From positions 1-29,586 of the forward strand of contig JAADHU010000003.1 of the NCBI GenBank assembly GCA_013151645.1: a stretch of 29,586 nt of DNA, given 5' to 3'. Shown piece after piece: positions 8,824 to 17,118 of the stretch; the first letter of the stretch is position 1, and every line of letters begins with the position of its first letter. The DNA comes from Gammaproteobacteria bacterium. Lineage in GTDB: Bacteria; Pseudomonadota; Gammaproteobacteria; Steroidobacterales; Woeseiaceae. The notes beneath the pieces were generated by a model. The model was given only the letters and a program-made list of their open reading frames with translations. It was not told the DNA's origin and searched no databases. A program made the translations under genes and the position numbers.

Positions 8824-9552
8824 GTGCAATACCTGAATATGGATCGGCTGGACAGTCTGGACGGCAAAGCGTTTCAAACCCAGGACCCTTTCCCATGGAT
8901 CAACCCGAAGGGTGCTCTTTCCGAAACGGGTTACCGTCAACTGCTCAGCACGTTGCCGGACGTCTCTCTGTTCGACAAAAGTTTTGGTTACCAGCGCAAG
9001 CACGGTCAGCAGGCGCATGATCGCTATGTGCTTGAGTACATGGACGGACTGCCCGTCAGCGATCCCTGGACGGCGTTCATTGCCGAGTTACGAGGGCCTG
9101 AATATCACGATTTCGTCTGCCGAATGCTGGGCATTCGCGACTTCGACCTGAATTGCCACTGGCACTATGCGCCGAGCGGCTGTTCTGTTTCACCGCATCT
9201 CGACTCTGCGCGAAAATACGGCTCACAAATATTTTATTTCAATACGACAGAGGATTGGCAAGCCGACTGGGGCGGACAAACCGTCGTACTGAGCGACAGG
9301 AATCGCAAGATTCGTGTGCCAAATCCGGAATTCGAAGACCTCGAATGTGTCGCGACCTCACAGACTATCGGTAACTACAGCCTGTTGTTTGCTCAAGGGC
9401 CGCATTCCTGGCACGGCGTGCGCGCACTAAACTGCCCTGAAAATCGCCTCCGCAAGATTTTTATTGTGGTAATCAACCGTTTGACTCCACTGCTGCGACT
9501 GCGCCGCGCGGTCGGAGATCTGCCGCGCGGTCTGTCATCGGCCGCCGCATAG
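8824..9552 (+). CDS. 2OG-Fe(II) oxygenase superfamily protein (prolyl-4-hydroxylase-like)
   Basis: H-x-D...H facial triad candidates are SPHLDS and HSWHGV. GTG start at 8824 follows a strong AAGGGGAG SD; an alternative ATG is at 8839. Confidence 0.6.
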   Translation: MQYLNMDRLDSLDGKAFQTQDPFPWINPKGALSETGYRQLLSTLPDVSLFDKSFGYQRKHGQQAHDRYVLEYMDGLPVSDPWTAFIAELRGPEYHDFVCRMLGIRDFDLNCHWHYAPSGCSVSPHLDSARKYGSQIFYFNTTEDWQADWGGQTVVLSDRNRKIRVPNPEFEDLECVATSQTIGNYSLLFAQGPHSWHGVRALNCPENRLRKIFIVVINRLTPLLRLRRAVGDLPRGLSSAAA

Positions 9553-9578
9553 GCACAAAGAAACCAGGACAATCCAAT

Positions 9579-10190
9579 ATGCACGTCAAGACAGTTCGGC
9601 TTTTCGACAACGACGCTCTGGAGTCGCTTACGCGCGTTCACCCAATCGTCCCATTGCTCTTCTGGTCACCCGTGATCTTCTACTTGCTGTGGCAGTCTGT
9701 GTCCGCACACGAACTGTCGATCGCACAGATTTCCATGCTGGTAGTTCCAGGCATACTCACCTGGTCCATTACAGAGTATTGGGTGCATCGAATTCCGTTT
9801 CACTATCCTGCCAAAAGCGCCTTCGGCAAGCGGGTGGTCTTCTTATATCACGGCGTCCATCATGCGGCACCCAACGACAAAACCCGATTGGTGATGCCAC
9901 CGGCCGGCGGCGTGCTGGTGATGGTCGTGTTGTGGTTTTTGTTTGCACAAGTTATACCGGCGCCATGGCTGCAGCCCTTTTTCGCATTTTTTATTCTTGG
10001 CTACCTGATTTACGACTATTTGCACTACGCGACCCATCATTTCAGGATGAAAAGTCCAATGATGGCCGCCCTGACCCGCCATCACCTTAAACACCATTTC
10101 GCCTCGGACAAAACCAATTTCGGTGTCAGCTCGCCGTTGTGGGACTGGGTGTTTGGCACTTTGCATCGCATCGAGAAGCGATCGCCATAG
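9579..10190 (+). CDS. Small fatty-acid-hydroxylase-family membrane enzyme (FA2H/CrtZ-like di-iron hydroxylase)
   Basis: Four His boxes: HRIPFH, HGVHH, HYATHH and HHLKHH. The C-terminal WDWVFGT motif is also present. Its histidine boxes and C-terminal WD-FGT motif resemble those of 1625-2449. Confidence 0.75.
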   Translation: MHVKTVRLFDNDALESLTRVHPIVPLLFWSPVIFYLLWQSVSAHELSIAQISMLVVPGILTWSITEYWVHRIPFHYPAKSAFGKRVVFLYHGVHHAAPNDKTRLVMPPAGGVLVMVVLWFLFAQVIPAPWLQPFFAFFILGYLIYDYLHYATHHFRMKSPMMAALTRHHLKHHFASDKTNFGVSSPLWDWVFGTLHRIEKRSP

Positions 10191-10276
10191 TGGCAAGAAG
10201 ATTATTGGTAGAAACAAGAGATAGACGGCCCGTTCAGACTGCAGGTTCGCCAAACATCAAGCACGGTTGGATTCGC

Positions 10277-10783
10277 CTAACGTGATTTTCCCAGGATGCC
10301 GTCAACGAAACGCTGAAAATCCGTGTTATAGATAAATCGCTCACTCTCCCATGCCCAGTTCATCAGATTTCGCCGCCGGGCCAGTTCTGGATTCAGCTGT
10401 GCGTCTGTCGCCGCTACGGCGTATGTAGAGATTTCCTGAATGACCGATTCATAGATGGCGGGGTCTAGTGTCCCGTTAAGATGCTGTCGATGAGCATTGG
10501 ACCAAATGTGAAACAGTGCCCTCCAGGATCCCAGCATTTGTATTTGCGCCTCTTGCGGTGCGGCCGCCGGGTCGTCAGCGTAGGTTGCGAATGCTCGGGC
10601 CAATTCAGGACTCGAGGCGAACATCAGATTGAGTTCCAGAAAACCGACCGCGACGTCCGCATTGGTAGCGGCCCTTGTCGCGATCGCATTTTGCCGTAAC
10701 TCTCCCCCTACAAAGATCAGGGAGCCGATAACACCGACAATTCCGATCGCTTCAGCGACGCTCCGGGCGGACCAGTTTTTCAT
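10277..10783 (-). CDS. Hypothetical membrane-anchored protein, no recognisable domain
   Basis: 168-aa ORF with an N-terminal TM helix (IGIVGVIGSLIFVGG) and a helical soluble part. GGAG lies 3 nt before the ATG. Confidence 0.5.
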   Translation of the reverse strand: MKNWSARSVAEAIGIVGVIGSLIFVGGELRQNAIATRAATNADVAVGFLELNLMFASSPELARAFATYADDPAAAPQEAQIQMLGSWRALFHIWSNAHRQHLNGTLDPAIYESVIQEISTYAVAATDAQLNPELARRRNLMNWAWESERFIYNTDFQRFVDGILGKSR

Positions 10784-11075
10784 AAGGCTCCAGACGGCAT
10801 TTTGTCAGACCGACCTATCCGATGGTGATTCGAACGCAATCGAGAAGAATAACACCTCTTTTCGGTCCTTTATATTGAATGCCGATAAGCGGGCTTCTGA
10901 ACACCCATTGGCTCTCCACGAACGTGGGCTGGCGAATGGATGACCCCACTCATTGGGTGTCCCTGTTCTAGTATCCCTATTCTAGTAGCGACACCGAATC
11001 TCACGACGAAATAATCGGTCGTATGTTAAGTTTCCACTAATGGCTTTTGCCACTATTCCAGGGCGGATAAACACT

Positions 11076-11504
11076 ATGTCAGACGTAAACGAAACAAGCG
11101 GAAGCTGCTTATGCGGTGCGATTCGTATTTTGCCGCAGCACGTCAAGCAAAGTTTGGGTGCCTGTCATTGCACTACTTGCAGAAAATGGGGCGGCGGTCC
11201 TTATCTATCAGTCGATTGTGGCACCAATGTTTCTTTTGAAGGCGAGGAAAATATTTCTGTGTTCGGATCTTCGGAATGGGCTGAGCGAGGCTTCTGCAAG
11301 CAATGTGGTACTCATTTGTTCTTTCGAATAAAAGGAAGCGGCCAATATTTCATCCCCGGGGCACTGTTCGGCGACCAGCTACCGCTCGAGTTCGAGCGCC
11401 AGGTGTTTATCGATGAGAAACCGCTGTACTACACGTTTGCGAACAAGACCAGAGAAATGACCGGTGCCGAACTGCTCGCGAGATATGCTTCCGACCAAGA
11501 GTAG
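11076..11504 (+). CDS. GFA family protein (glutathione-dependent formaldehyde-activating / CENP-V-like zinc domain)
   Basis: Cysteine pattern CLCGAIR ... CHCTTCRKWGGG ... CKQCGTHLF is typical of PF04828. Start moved to MSDVNE. Confidence 0.75.
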   Translation: MSDVNETSGSCLCGAIRILPQHVKQSLGACHCTTCRKWGGGPYLSVDCGTNVSFEGEENISVFGSSEWAERGFCKQCGTHLFFRIKGSGQYFIPGALFGDQLPLEFERQVFIDEKPLYYTFANKTREMTGAELLARYASDQE

Positions 11505-11607
11505 ACGTTCGACGCCATAGTTCACTGCCAAGCTTATGAGACTTCCGGACACTCATAGAAAAAGCACGAGATGAAAGGTTAGTTTGTCAGCCCCTCGTCG
11601 ACAGGGA

Positions 11608-12165
11608 TCAATCGATTCGATAAAACGCAATCAGCCCACCGATGTCTTTGGCGTCATCGGCGATCGATTGATCGGAGTTCGGTACTGAATCAAGCCACTC
11701 TTTAAGCGTTGCTCGCAGCTCTGCAATCTTTTCCGGACCAGCCCTGCCTCGAAATCGCATGACGATCGCCTGTTCACCGTCGTCATCAGGGGCGTTTGCC
11801 AAAACGCTTAGAATTTCCGCCTCGCTGACCCGTAGCATCTCTCGCGCCGCGTCCGCGCCCGCCTCTCCGGCTTCGTCGGAAAACAAGGAATGGTCTGCCT
11901 CGAATCGATGAGCGACCGCCCGAAAAGTTCGTTCTACCGTACCGCGTTTCTGCTTCTCCTCAACCACCACCAGCAAGCCCGAGTCACGCAGGGCATCCAC
12001 ATGCCTGTACAGTTTCGTGACACCTTCGCCAAGCTCGGCAGCCACTTGTTTGGCCGTCTTGGGCGACTCGGCAAATGCTTGCAGAAGCTGCAGTTTCAGT
12101 GGATCGGCCAGCAAGCGCACTTGGGCGAGATCTTTGATTTTGTAGGTATCTTTCACGAGAATCAC
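11608..12165 (-). CDS. ArsR-like winged-helix transcriptional regulator with C-terminal extension
   Basis: LLADPLKLQLLQAFAESPKTAKQVAAELGEGVTKLYRHVDALRDSGLL is an HTH_20-type fold. It is divergent from the CPBP protease gene. Confidence 0.65.
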   Translation of the reverse strand: MILVKDTYKIKDLAQVRLLADPLKLQLLQAFAESPKTAKQVAAELGEGVTKLYRHVDALRDSGLLVVVEEKQKRGTVERTFRAVAHRFEADHSLFSDEAGEAGADAAREMLRVSEAEILSVLANAPDDDGEQAIVMRFRGRAGPEKIAELRATLKEWLDSVPNSDQSIADDAKDIGGLIAFYRID

Positions 12166-12188
12166 GCACTTTTCGATTTAAGGGTTGA

Positions 12189-12233
12189 TTATTCACGTAG
12201 AGGTGAATAATAATGTTCACGACTTAGTGAATA
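12189..12233. promoter_or_regulatory. Two inverted repeats TTATTCAC-N6-GTGAATAA and TGTTCAC-N6-GTGAATA in the regulator/CPBP divergent intergenic region; candidate operators
   Basis: 12189-12210 is ttattcacgtagaggtgaataa and 12214-12233 is tgttcacgacttagtgaata. They lie between the divergent starts at 12165 and 12252. Confidence 0.35.
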
Positions 12234-12251
12234 TTCAGGGTAGCGAAACCA

Positions 12252-12974
12252 ATGGAGCCTGTCGACCACATTTTCATACTGCTGCTGTTCGTCGTGCAGC
12301 CCATTTATGGCGTTTTCGAAGCTCGAAGCTACAAGGCTCGAGCGAATGCGGGCCAACCGCTCAATCGAGTCCGTTTTTACCGACAGACAGCGTTGCTGGA
12401 GTGGGTATTTCTCGCGGCACTGGTCACGGTCTGGTTCACTTTCGACCGACCGATTGTGGACCTCGGTTTTGCAGCAGCCGGCGGGCCGGGATTCTGGGGC
12501 GGGGCCGCTCTGCTCATCTTGCTCAGCGGAATTCTTCTTAACACCTGGCGAATCGCGAAGCGCACGAACGACACTGATAAGGCCGAACAAGCGGAATCGC
12601 TCGGGGAGATATTGCAATTCCTTCCGCACACGACCCGTGAACTGCACAATTTCGTCGGCGTATCGATAACAGCCGGTATTGTCGAGGAGATCGTCTATCG
12701 AGGTTTCGTGCTCTGGTACCTCGCCCAAGTCATGCCGCTTTGGGTTGCCGTTGCCGTGTCATCCGTTGCATTCGGTCTCGCGCACAGTTACCAGGGTGCG
12801 ACTGGTGCCCTGCGGACGGGTCTGATCGGACTTGCCTTCGGCATCTTTTACGTTGTCACGGGTTCGATCTGGCTGCCGATCGTCGCGCACGTGCTGCTCG
12901 ATGTGCTGCAGGGCGCAGCAATACATGAACTCCTGCGCAAGGATGATGACGGCTTGGAATCGCCGCCAGCGTAA
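12252..12974 (+). CDS. CPBP-family intramembrane metalloprotease (CAAX protease / Abi, PF02517)
   Basis: Polytopic membrane protein carrying EEIVYRGFVLWYL, FGLAHSYQ and HVLLDV motifs. Confidence 0.8.
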   Translation: MEPVDHIFILLLFVVQPIYGVFEARSYKARANAGQPLNRVRFYRQTALLEWVFLAALVTVWFTFDRPIVDLGFAAAGGPGFWGGAALLILLSGILLNTWRIAKRTNDTDKAEQAESLGEILQFLPHTTRELHNFVGVSITAGIVEEIVYRGFVLWYLAQVMPLWVAVAVSSVAFGLAHSYQGATGALRTGLIGLAFGIFYVVTGSIWLPIVAHVLLDVLQGAAIHELLRKDDDGLESPPA

Positions 12975-13212
12975 CGTGCCGGGTGTGAGTTTCTGTTCAC
13001 GCAGCATGCACTCGATTCCTGCACAGTTCTCGAAATTTCCTGAGTGCCCCTGATCATTTTCTGCCCCGATACTCTTGCAAGTAATTTCAGTGCAGTAATT
13101 TCAGGACACCCATCGGTCGTTACACATTCTTGCTCCGATCCCGCTTTTCAGCCCAGGATTCCTTGAGTCCCTGCGGGGACTTCAAATTGGAAAGGTAACG
13201 GCCCGCGAATTC

Positions 13213-13452
13213 TTAGTCTATCGACTGGATTGCAATGAGTTTGTTGCTCTCATCAAAAGTAATTTCGAAGTTGCCAAAAATACCGTCGCGAGTAACGAAC
13301 TTCCGGATTGCACTGGCGGGAAAACGAATGGTTTTGTTGTCTTCAGAGCATGCAACCACATCTTGCGCGCTGCCTTGATAATAGGCCAGGTACTCTTCAG
13401 CAGATATGGCCAGTCGAAAGCGAATACTGCTTGATCGATTCCTGGTATTCAT
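13213..13452 (-). CDS. Small conserved hypothetical protein (DUF2835-like)
   Basis: 79 aa with clean codon periodicity. The pattern IRFRLAISAEEYLAYYQGSAQDVV ... FPASAIRKFVTRDGIFGNFEITFDESNKLIAIQ resembles small gammaproteobacterial DUF2835 proteins. Confidence 0.45.
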   Translation of the reverse strand: MNTRNRSSSIRFRLAISAEEYLAYYQGSAQDVVACSEDNKTIRFPASAIRKFVTRDGIFGNFEITFDESNKLIAIQSID

Positions 13453-13494
13453 TTTGCGTAAATAGAGCCTGAGGCAAGCATGATTGGGATTCTA

Positions 13495-13749
13495 TCAACA
13501 AATCAAACTGCAGCCACTCCCGCCAGTCCAATGCCTGGCTGTCCGTCCGCTTGGGTCACCAGCAAGCTGCCAACATCGTATCGCGCTGACTTCTGCTTTC
13601 GAACGCTTACCCGCGCAGCCTCTGAATACGTCACCGACAAAGTTCGGCCAGAAGGGGCCATTCGTCCTGGAGAAACGTTTGCGTATTCTAGCGAAAGCGG
13701 AGACCGTGCCGGCGAGTACGAGAGAGATCACGGATTTCTTGACTCTCAT
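13495..13749 (-). CDS. Candidate small secreted Cys-containing basic peptide (speculative)
   Basis: 84-aa ORF with a signal-peptide-like N-terminus MRVKKSVISLVLAGTVSAFA and GGGGA 7 nt before the ATG. It sits directly upstream of, and co-oriented with, the 13213-13452 gene. Competing ORFs on the opposite strand and an Arg/Gly-rich mature part argue against it. Confidence 0.25.
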   Translation of the reverse strand: MRVKKSVISLVLAGTVSAFARIRKRFSRTNGPFWPNFVGDVFRGCAGKRSKAEVSAIRCWQLAGDPSGRTARHWTGGSGCSLIC

Positions 13750-14225
13750 GTGAATTCCCCATGTATTTCTATCGTCGCCCTCGACGACGAGGGCGAGGGA
13801 TCGCCAGAGGATCGATAGCTCTACTGGCCCTGGCGCTTGGATGAAGTCCTTTCTGCATATTTGCGTTACTCAGCGGCCGTGAATACCCTGCAGCGGTAAG
13901 CGCCACCAAAGCGGGCCTGCTGCACCGAAGTCGAGCAAGACAGGCACCATTCGATTAGCCCAATGATCCAGCAGCCGATCTTTTACCTGGTGAAATATCT
14001 TAAGTGAAGGGACTTGAATAATCCGTGCCTCGACATAGTCCAAGGCCTTTAGAAACTGCTCCTCATAAGTATTGGCGGCTTCGAGTTCTTAATTGTCCGG
14101 GCAGTCAGCTTCTTTTGGGGGCATCTCTGGGCGCATCTAATCGCAATTTCATAGTAGAGGCCGCCGATTTATGCCGGCTGTCATTAAGTCTACCCAGACA
14201 TCTTCCGACGAGCTTCTCTATAACG

Positions 14226-14268
14226 CGCTGTTTTTAAAGCGAAAAAAAGAGCCGTTCCGGATCTCTCC
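14226..14268 (-). terminator. Rho-independent terminator downstream of tRNA-Met (minus strand)
   Basis: Hairpin GCCGTCCGGAGAGATCCGGAACGGC, read on the minus strand, is followed by a T-tract (the plus strand shows aaaaaaa before the hairpin). Confidence 0.6.
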
Positions 14269-14290
14269 GGACGGCCCTGGATGTTGATTT

Positions 14291-14367
14291 GGTGGTGAAG
14301 GGTGGATTTGAACCACCGACCTACGGGTTATGAGTCCGTCGCTCTAACCAACTGAGCTACATCACCG
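14291..14367 (-). tRNA. tRNA-Met (anticodon CAU), elongator type
   Basis: Minus-strand sequence GGTGATGTAGCTCAGTTGGTTAGAGCGACGGACTCATAACCCGTAGGTCGGTGGTTCAAATCCACCCTTCACCACCA. D-arm is identical to E. coli elongator tRNA-Met. The anticodon loop is CTCATAA. G1-C72 pairs, so this is not an initiator. tRNA-Ile2 (LAU) cannot be fully excluded. Confidence 0.85.
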
Positions 14368-14480
14368 TTTTGTTTCTCGCGGCGCCCTCGCGCTGATCGC
14401 AAGGGCCGGGAATTGTCCGTTGGCTCAGCCGCCGTGTCAAGACAGCGGAAGTACCTGGCCTTCGAACGCCGTATCCGTTA

Positions 14481-15572
14481 TCAGACATTAAAGCGAAAAT
14501 GCATGATATCGCCTTCTTTGACGATGTACTCCTTGCCTTCAAGCCGCAATTTGCCCGCTTCCTTGGCGCCTTGCTCGCCATTGCACGCCAGGAAATCGTC
14601 AATCGCCATGACTTCAGCACGAATGAACCCCTTCTCGAAATCCGTGTGAATCTCGCCGGCCGCCTGCGGTCCGGTTGCACCAACCTTGGTTGTCCAGGCT
14701 CGAACTTCCTTCACGCCCGCCGTGAAATAAGTCTGTAATCTGAGCAATGAATAACCGCAACGAATGACCCGATTGAGGCCCGGTTCTTGCAGGCCCAGGT
14801 CCTGTAGAAAATCCTGCTTGTCCGCTTCGTCAAGGAGCGCAATTTCCGCTTCGATGGCAGCACATACGGGAACGACTTCCGCGCCCTCTTTCTCAGCGAG
14901 TGCGCGAACGGCATCCAGATTCGGATTATCTTCAAAACCGCCTTCATCGACGTTGGCGATATACATGACCGGTTTTGCGGTCAACAATTGCAGATCCCGA
15001 AGAAAGAGCGTCTCATTCTCGTCCAGCGCCAACGTTCGTACCGGCCGCCCCTCGTCGAGATGCTCTTTCGTCTTCCTGAATGCGTCCCGAATCGCGATGG
15101 CTGTTTTGTCATTGGCCTTCGCATTGCGTTCCGCTTTGTAGAGCTGCTTTTCCACCGATTCCAGGTCGGCGAGCGCCAGTTCTGTATTAATCGTATCAAT
15201 GTCGTCAAGCGGATCGATGGTGCCTGCGACGTGCACAACGTCATCGTCTTCGAAACATCGAACAACGTGTGCGATGGCATTGGTTTCCCGAATATTGGCC
15301 AGGAACTGATTACCCAACCCCTCGCCTTTCGATGCGCCGGCTACCAGGCCGGCTATATCGACGAACTCCATGGTGGTCGGAATAATTTTTTCCGGCTTCA
15401 CAATCGCCGCGATTTCATTCAGGCGTGGATCGGGAACCGGCACAATGCCAACATTGGGTTCAATCGTACAAAACGGATAGTTCTCCGCCGGTATCTCGGC
15501 GGCCGTCAGCGCGTTGAAGAGCGTCGACTTACCGACGTTCGGCAGCCCGACGATGCCACATTTAATCGCCAT
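14481..15572 (-). CDS. ychF: Ribosome-binding ATPase YchF (Obg-family GTPase)
   Basis: [24 protein letters not shown]-loop. 363 aa with full-length YchF architecture including the TGS C-terminus. Confidence 0.95.
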   Translation of the reverse strand: MAIKCGIVGLPNVGKSTLFNALTAAEIPAENYPFCTIEPNVGIVPVPDPRLNEIAAIVKPEKIIPTTMEFVDIAGLVAGASKGEGLGNQFLANIRETNAIAHVVRCFEDDDVVHVAGTIDPLDDIDTINTELALADLESVEKQLYKAERNAKANDKTAIAIRDAFRKTKEHLDEGRPVRTLALDENETLFLRDLQLLTAKPVMYIANVDEGGFEDNPNLDAVRALAEKEGAEVVPVCAAIEAEIALLDEADKQDFLQDLGLQEPGLNRVIRCGYSLLRLQTYFTAGVKEVRAWTTKVGATGPQAAGEIHTDFEKGFIRAEVMAIDDFLACNGEQGAKEAGKLRLEGKEYIVKEGDIMHFRFNV

Positions 15573-15589
15573 CTATCGTCTATTCCCTG

Positions 15590-16174
15590 TCACTGGTCTG
15601 GTTTGGTGTGCAGTGTTTTCATGGCCTCATCCAGCCCGCGCTCGACAAGAACGGGGATAGTGTCGACCGCCTCATCGACGCTTCGCTGCAAGATCGCGTC
15701 TACATCGCTCGCTGCACGCTTCAGCACATAGCCTGTCACCTGGTCTTTCTGACCGGGATGTCCAACGCCGATGCGCAACCGCATGAATTCCTTTCCGCAA
15801 TGCCGTATGACATCGCGCAATCCATTGTGACCACCGTGACCACCGCTTCTCTTAAGGCGGACAGTGCCCGGTGGCAGGTCGATCTCGTCGTGCGCAATCA
15901 GCAATTGTTCGACCGGCAATCGATAGTAGTCCAGCATCGCTCGTACCGGCCCACCACTCAGATTCATGTAACTTTGCGGCTTAAGCAGCCAGACCTCGTT
16001 TGCGCCGATTGTCACCTTGCCGACGTCTGCATCGAACCGTTTCTCGTACTTAAGTTGTCCGTTCCAGCGACGTGCAATTTCATCGACGATCCAGAAACCG
16101 GCATTGTGCAGTGTCCGCGCATAGCGCTCTTCGGGATTGCCGAGGCCGGCTACAATTGAAACGTGAGTACTCAT
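15590..16174 (-). CDS. pth: Peptidyl-tRNA hydrolase
   Basis: Carries the conserved Pth N-terminal block VSIVAGLGNPEERYARTLHNAGFWIVDEIARR. Start set at MSTH (16174). Confidence 0.9.
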   Translation of the reverse strand: MSTHVSIVAGLGNPEERYARTLHNAGFWIVDEIARRWNGQLKYEKRFDADVGKVTIGANEVWLLKPQSYMNLSGGPVRAMLDYYRLPVEQLLIAHDEIDLPPGTVRLKRSGGHGGHNGLRDVIRHCGKEFMRLRIGVGHPGQKDQVTGYVLKRAASDVDAILQRSVDEAVDTIPVLVERGLDEAMKTLHTKPDQ

Positions 16175-16267
16175 CTGAACAAACGGTCTACCCGTATTTA
16201 CGAAAGCGTTGCAGCGACAATTATCGCGCAATGCCTGCCAAGAAGGGGGTTTGCCGAATTGATACGA

Positions 16268-16300
16268 AAAGGCCGCCGTACGGCGGCCTTCCCCTTTTTA
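16268..16300 (-). terminator. Palindromic hairpin GGCCGCCG-TACG-CGGCGGCC flanked by an A-run and a T-run; a bidirectional-looking terminator between ctc and pth
   Basis: Perfect 8-bp GC stem at 16271-16288. T-rich runs sit on both sides (aaaa upstream, cccttttta downstream on the plus strand). Confidence 0.55.
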
Positions 16301-16313
16301 CCGATTCAGGCAA

Positions 16314-17006
16314 TTAGTCTCCGCTGGACTCGCCGTCGGCTTCGCCAGCAGCGCCGCCCTCGGCCGCCGCTTCGTCGGCACCTTCTGTCTCTGCACCTTC
16401 GGCAACCTCTTCCTCAACCGCCGCCACCTTGATGACATGGATCGATACGACCGCCTGATCGTGCTCCGGTCCCAATGCGAGTTCCGGTATTTCAACACCT
16501 TCCGGCAAGGTAATGTCCGACAAATGCAGCATCTCGTCCAGACCCAGCGCCGAAATATCGATTTCGAAGTACTCAGGCAGATCTTTAGGCAGACAACTGA
16601 TTTCCACGTCGGTTTTCAGATGCGAAACGCTACCGCCACCCTCACGCACACCCACCGCTTCTTCCCCGTTGAGCAGGTGAATCGGTACGTTCATCTTGAT
16701 CTTCTCGTCTTCGACGATGCGCTGAAAATCCATGTGCAGGATGATTTTCCTGGCCGGGTGACGCTGAATGTCTTTGACAATAGCGGCCTGGCTCTTGTCG
16801 CCAACCTTGATGTTCAGGATGCTCGAATAGAACGACTCGTTCTCGAGTTGCTTGATGACCTTGTTATGGGCAAAGGCCAATTGGCGCGGCGGACGGCCGG
16901 CACCGTAGATGATTGCGGGAACTTTACCTTCACGACGCAGACGGCGGCTCGCACCCTTGCCCTGGCCTTCACGTATTTCCGCAATCAGATCGAATTTTTC
17001 ACTCAC
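16314..17006 (-). CDS. rplY: 50S ribosomal protein L25 / general stress protein Ctc, with an acidic Ala/Glu/Gly-rich C-terminal tail
   Basis: GTG start after a GGAGA SD. The Ctc-form L25 body includes GASRRLRREGKVPAIIYGAG. The last ~40 residues are low-complexity acidic (VAEGAETEGADEAAAEGGAAGEADGESSGD). Confidence 0.85.
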   Translation of the reverse strand: MSEKFDLIAEIREGQGKGASRRLRREGKVPAIIYGAGRPPRQLAFAHNKVIKQLENESFYSSILNIKVGDKSQAAIVKDIQRHPARKIILHMDFQRIVEDEKIKMNVPIHLLNGEEAVGVREGGGSVSHLKTDVEISCLPKDLPEYFEIDISALGLDEMLHLSDITLPEGVEIPELALGPEHDQAVVSIHVIKVAAVEEEVAEGAETEGADEAAAEGGAAGEADGESSGD

Positions 17007-17118
17007 TGGAGTTCTCCATATCTGATTGATTACTATTGATTTTTTACCCGTCCGGTTCGCGACCAATCCGCACAGGGGCGCGCATCATAGCGTAAAGAGA
17101 CAGTGAAGAAAACAGCAA

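Noticed and set aside
13480-13818. Plus-strand ORFs 13480-13818 and 13484-13753
   Set aside because: They overlap each other and the minus-strand candidate peptide gene. They have no domain similarity and poor starts. The region is treated as non-coding or decayed.
14988-17039. Plus-strand ORFs 14988-15731, 15608-16159 and 16437-17039
   Set aside because: They are antisense to ychF, pth and ctc, all of which carry strong family motifs on the minus strand.
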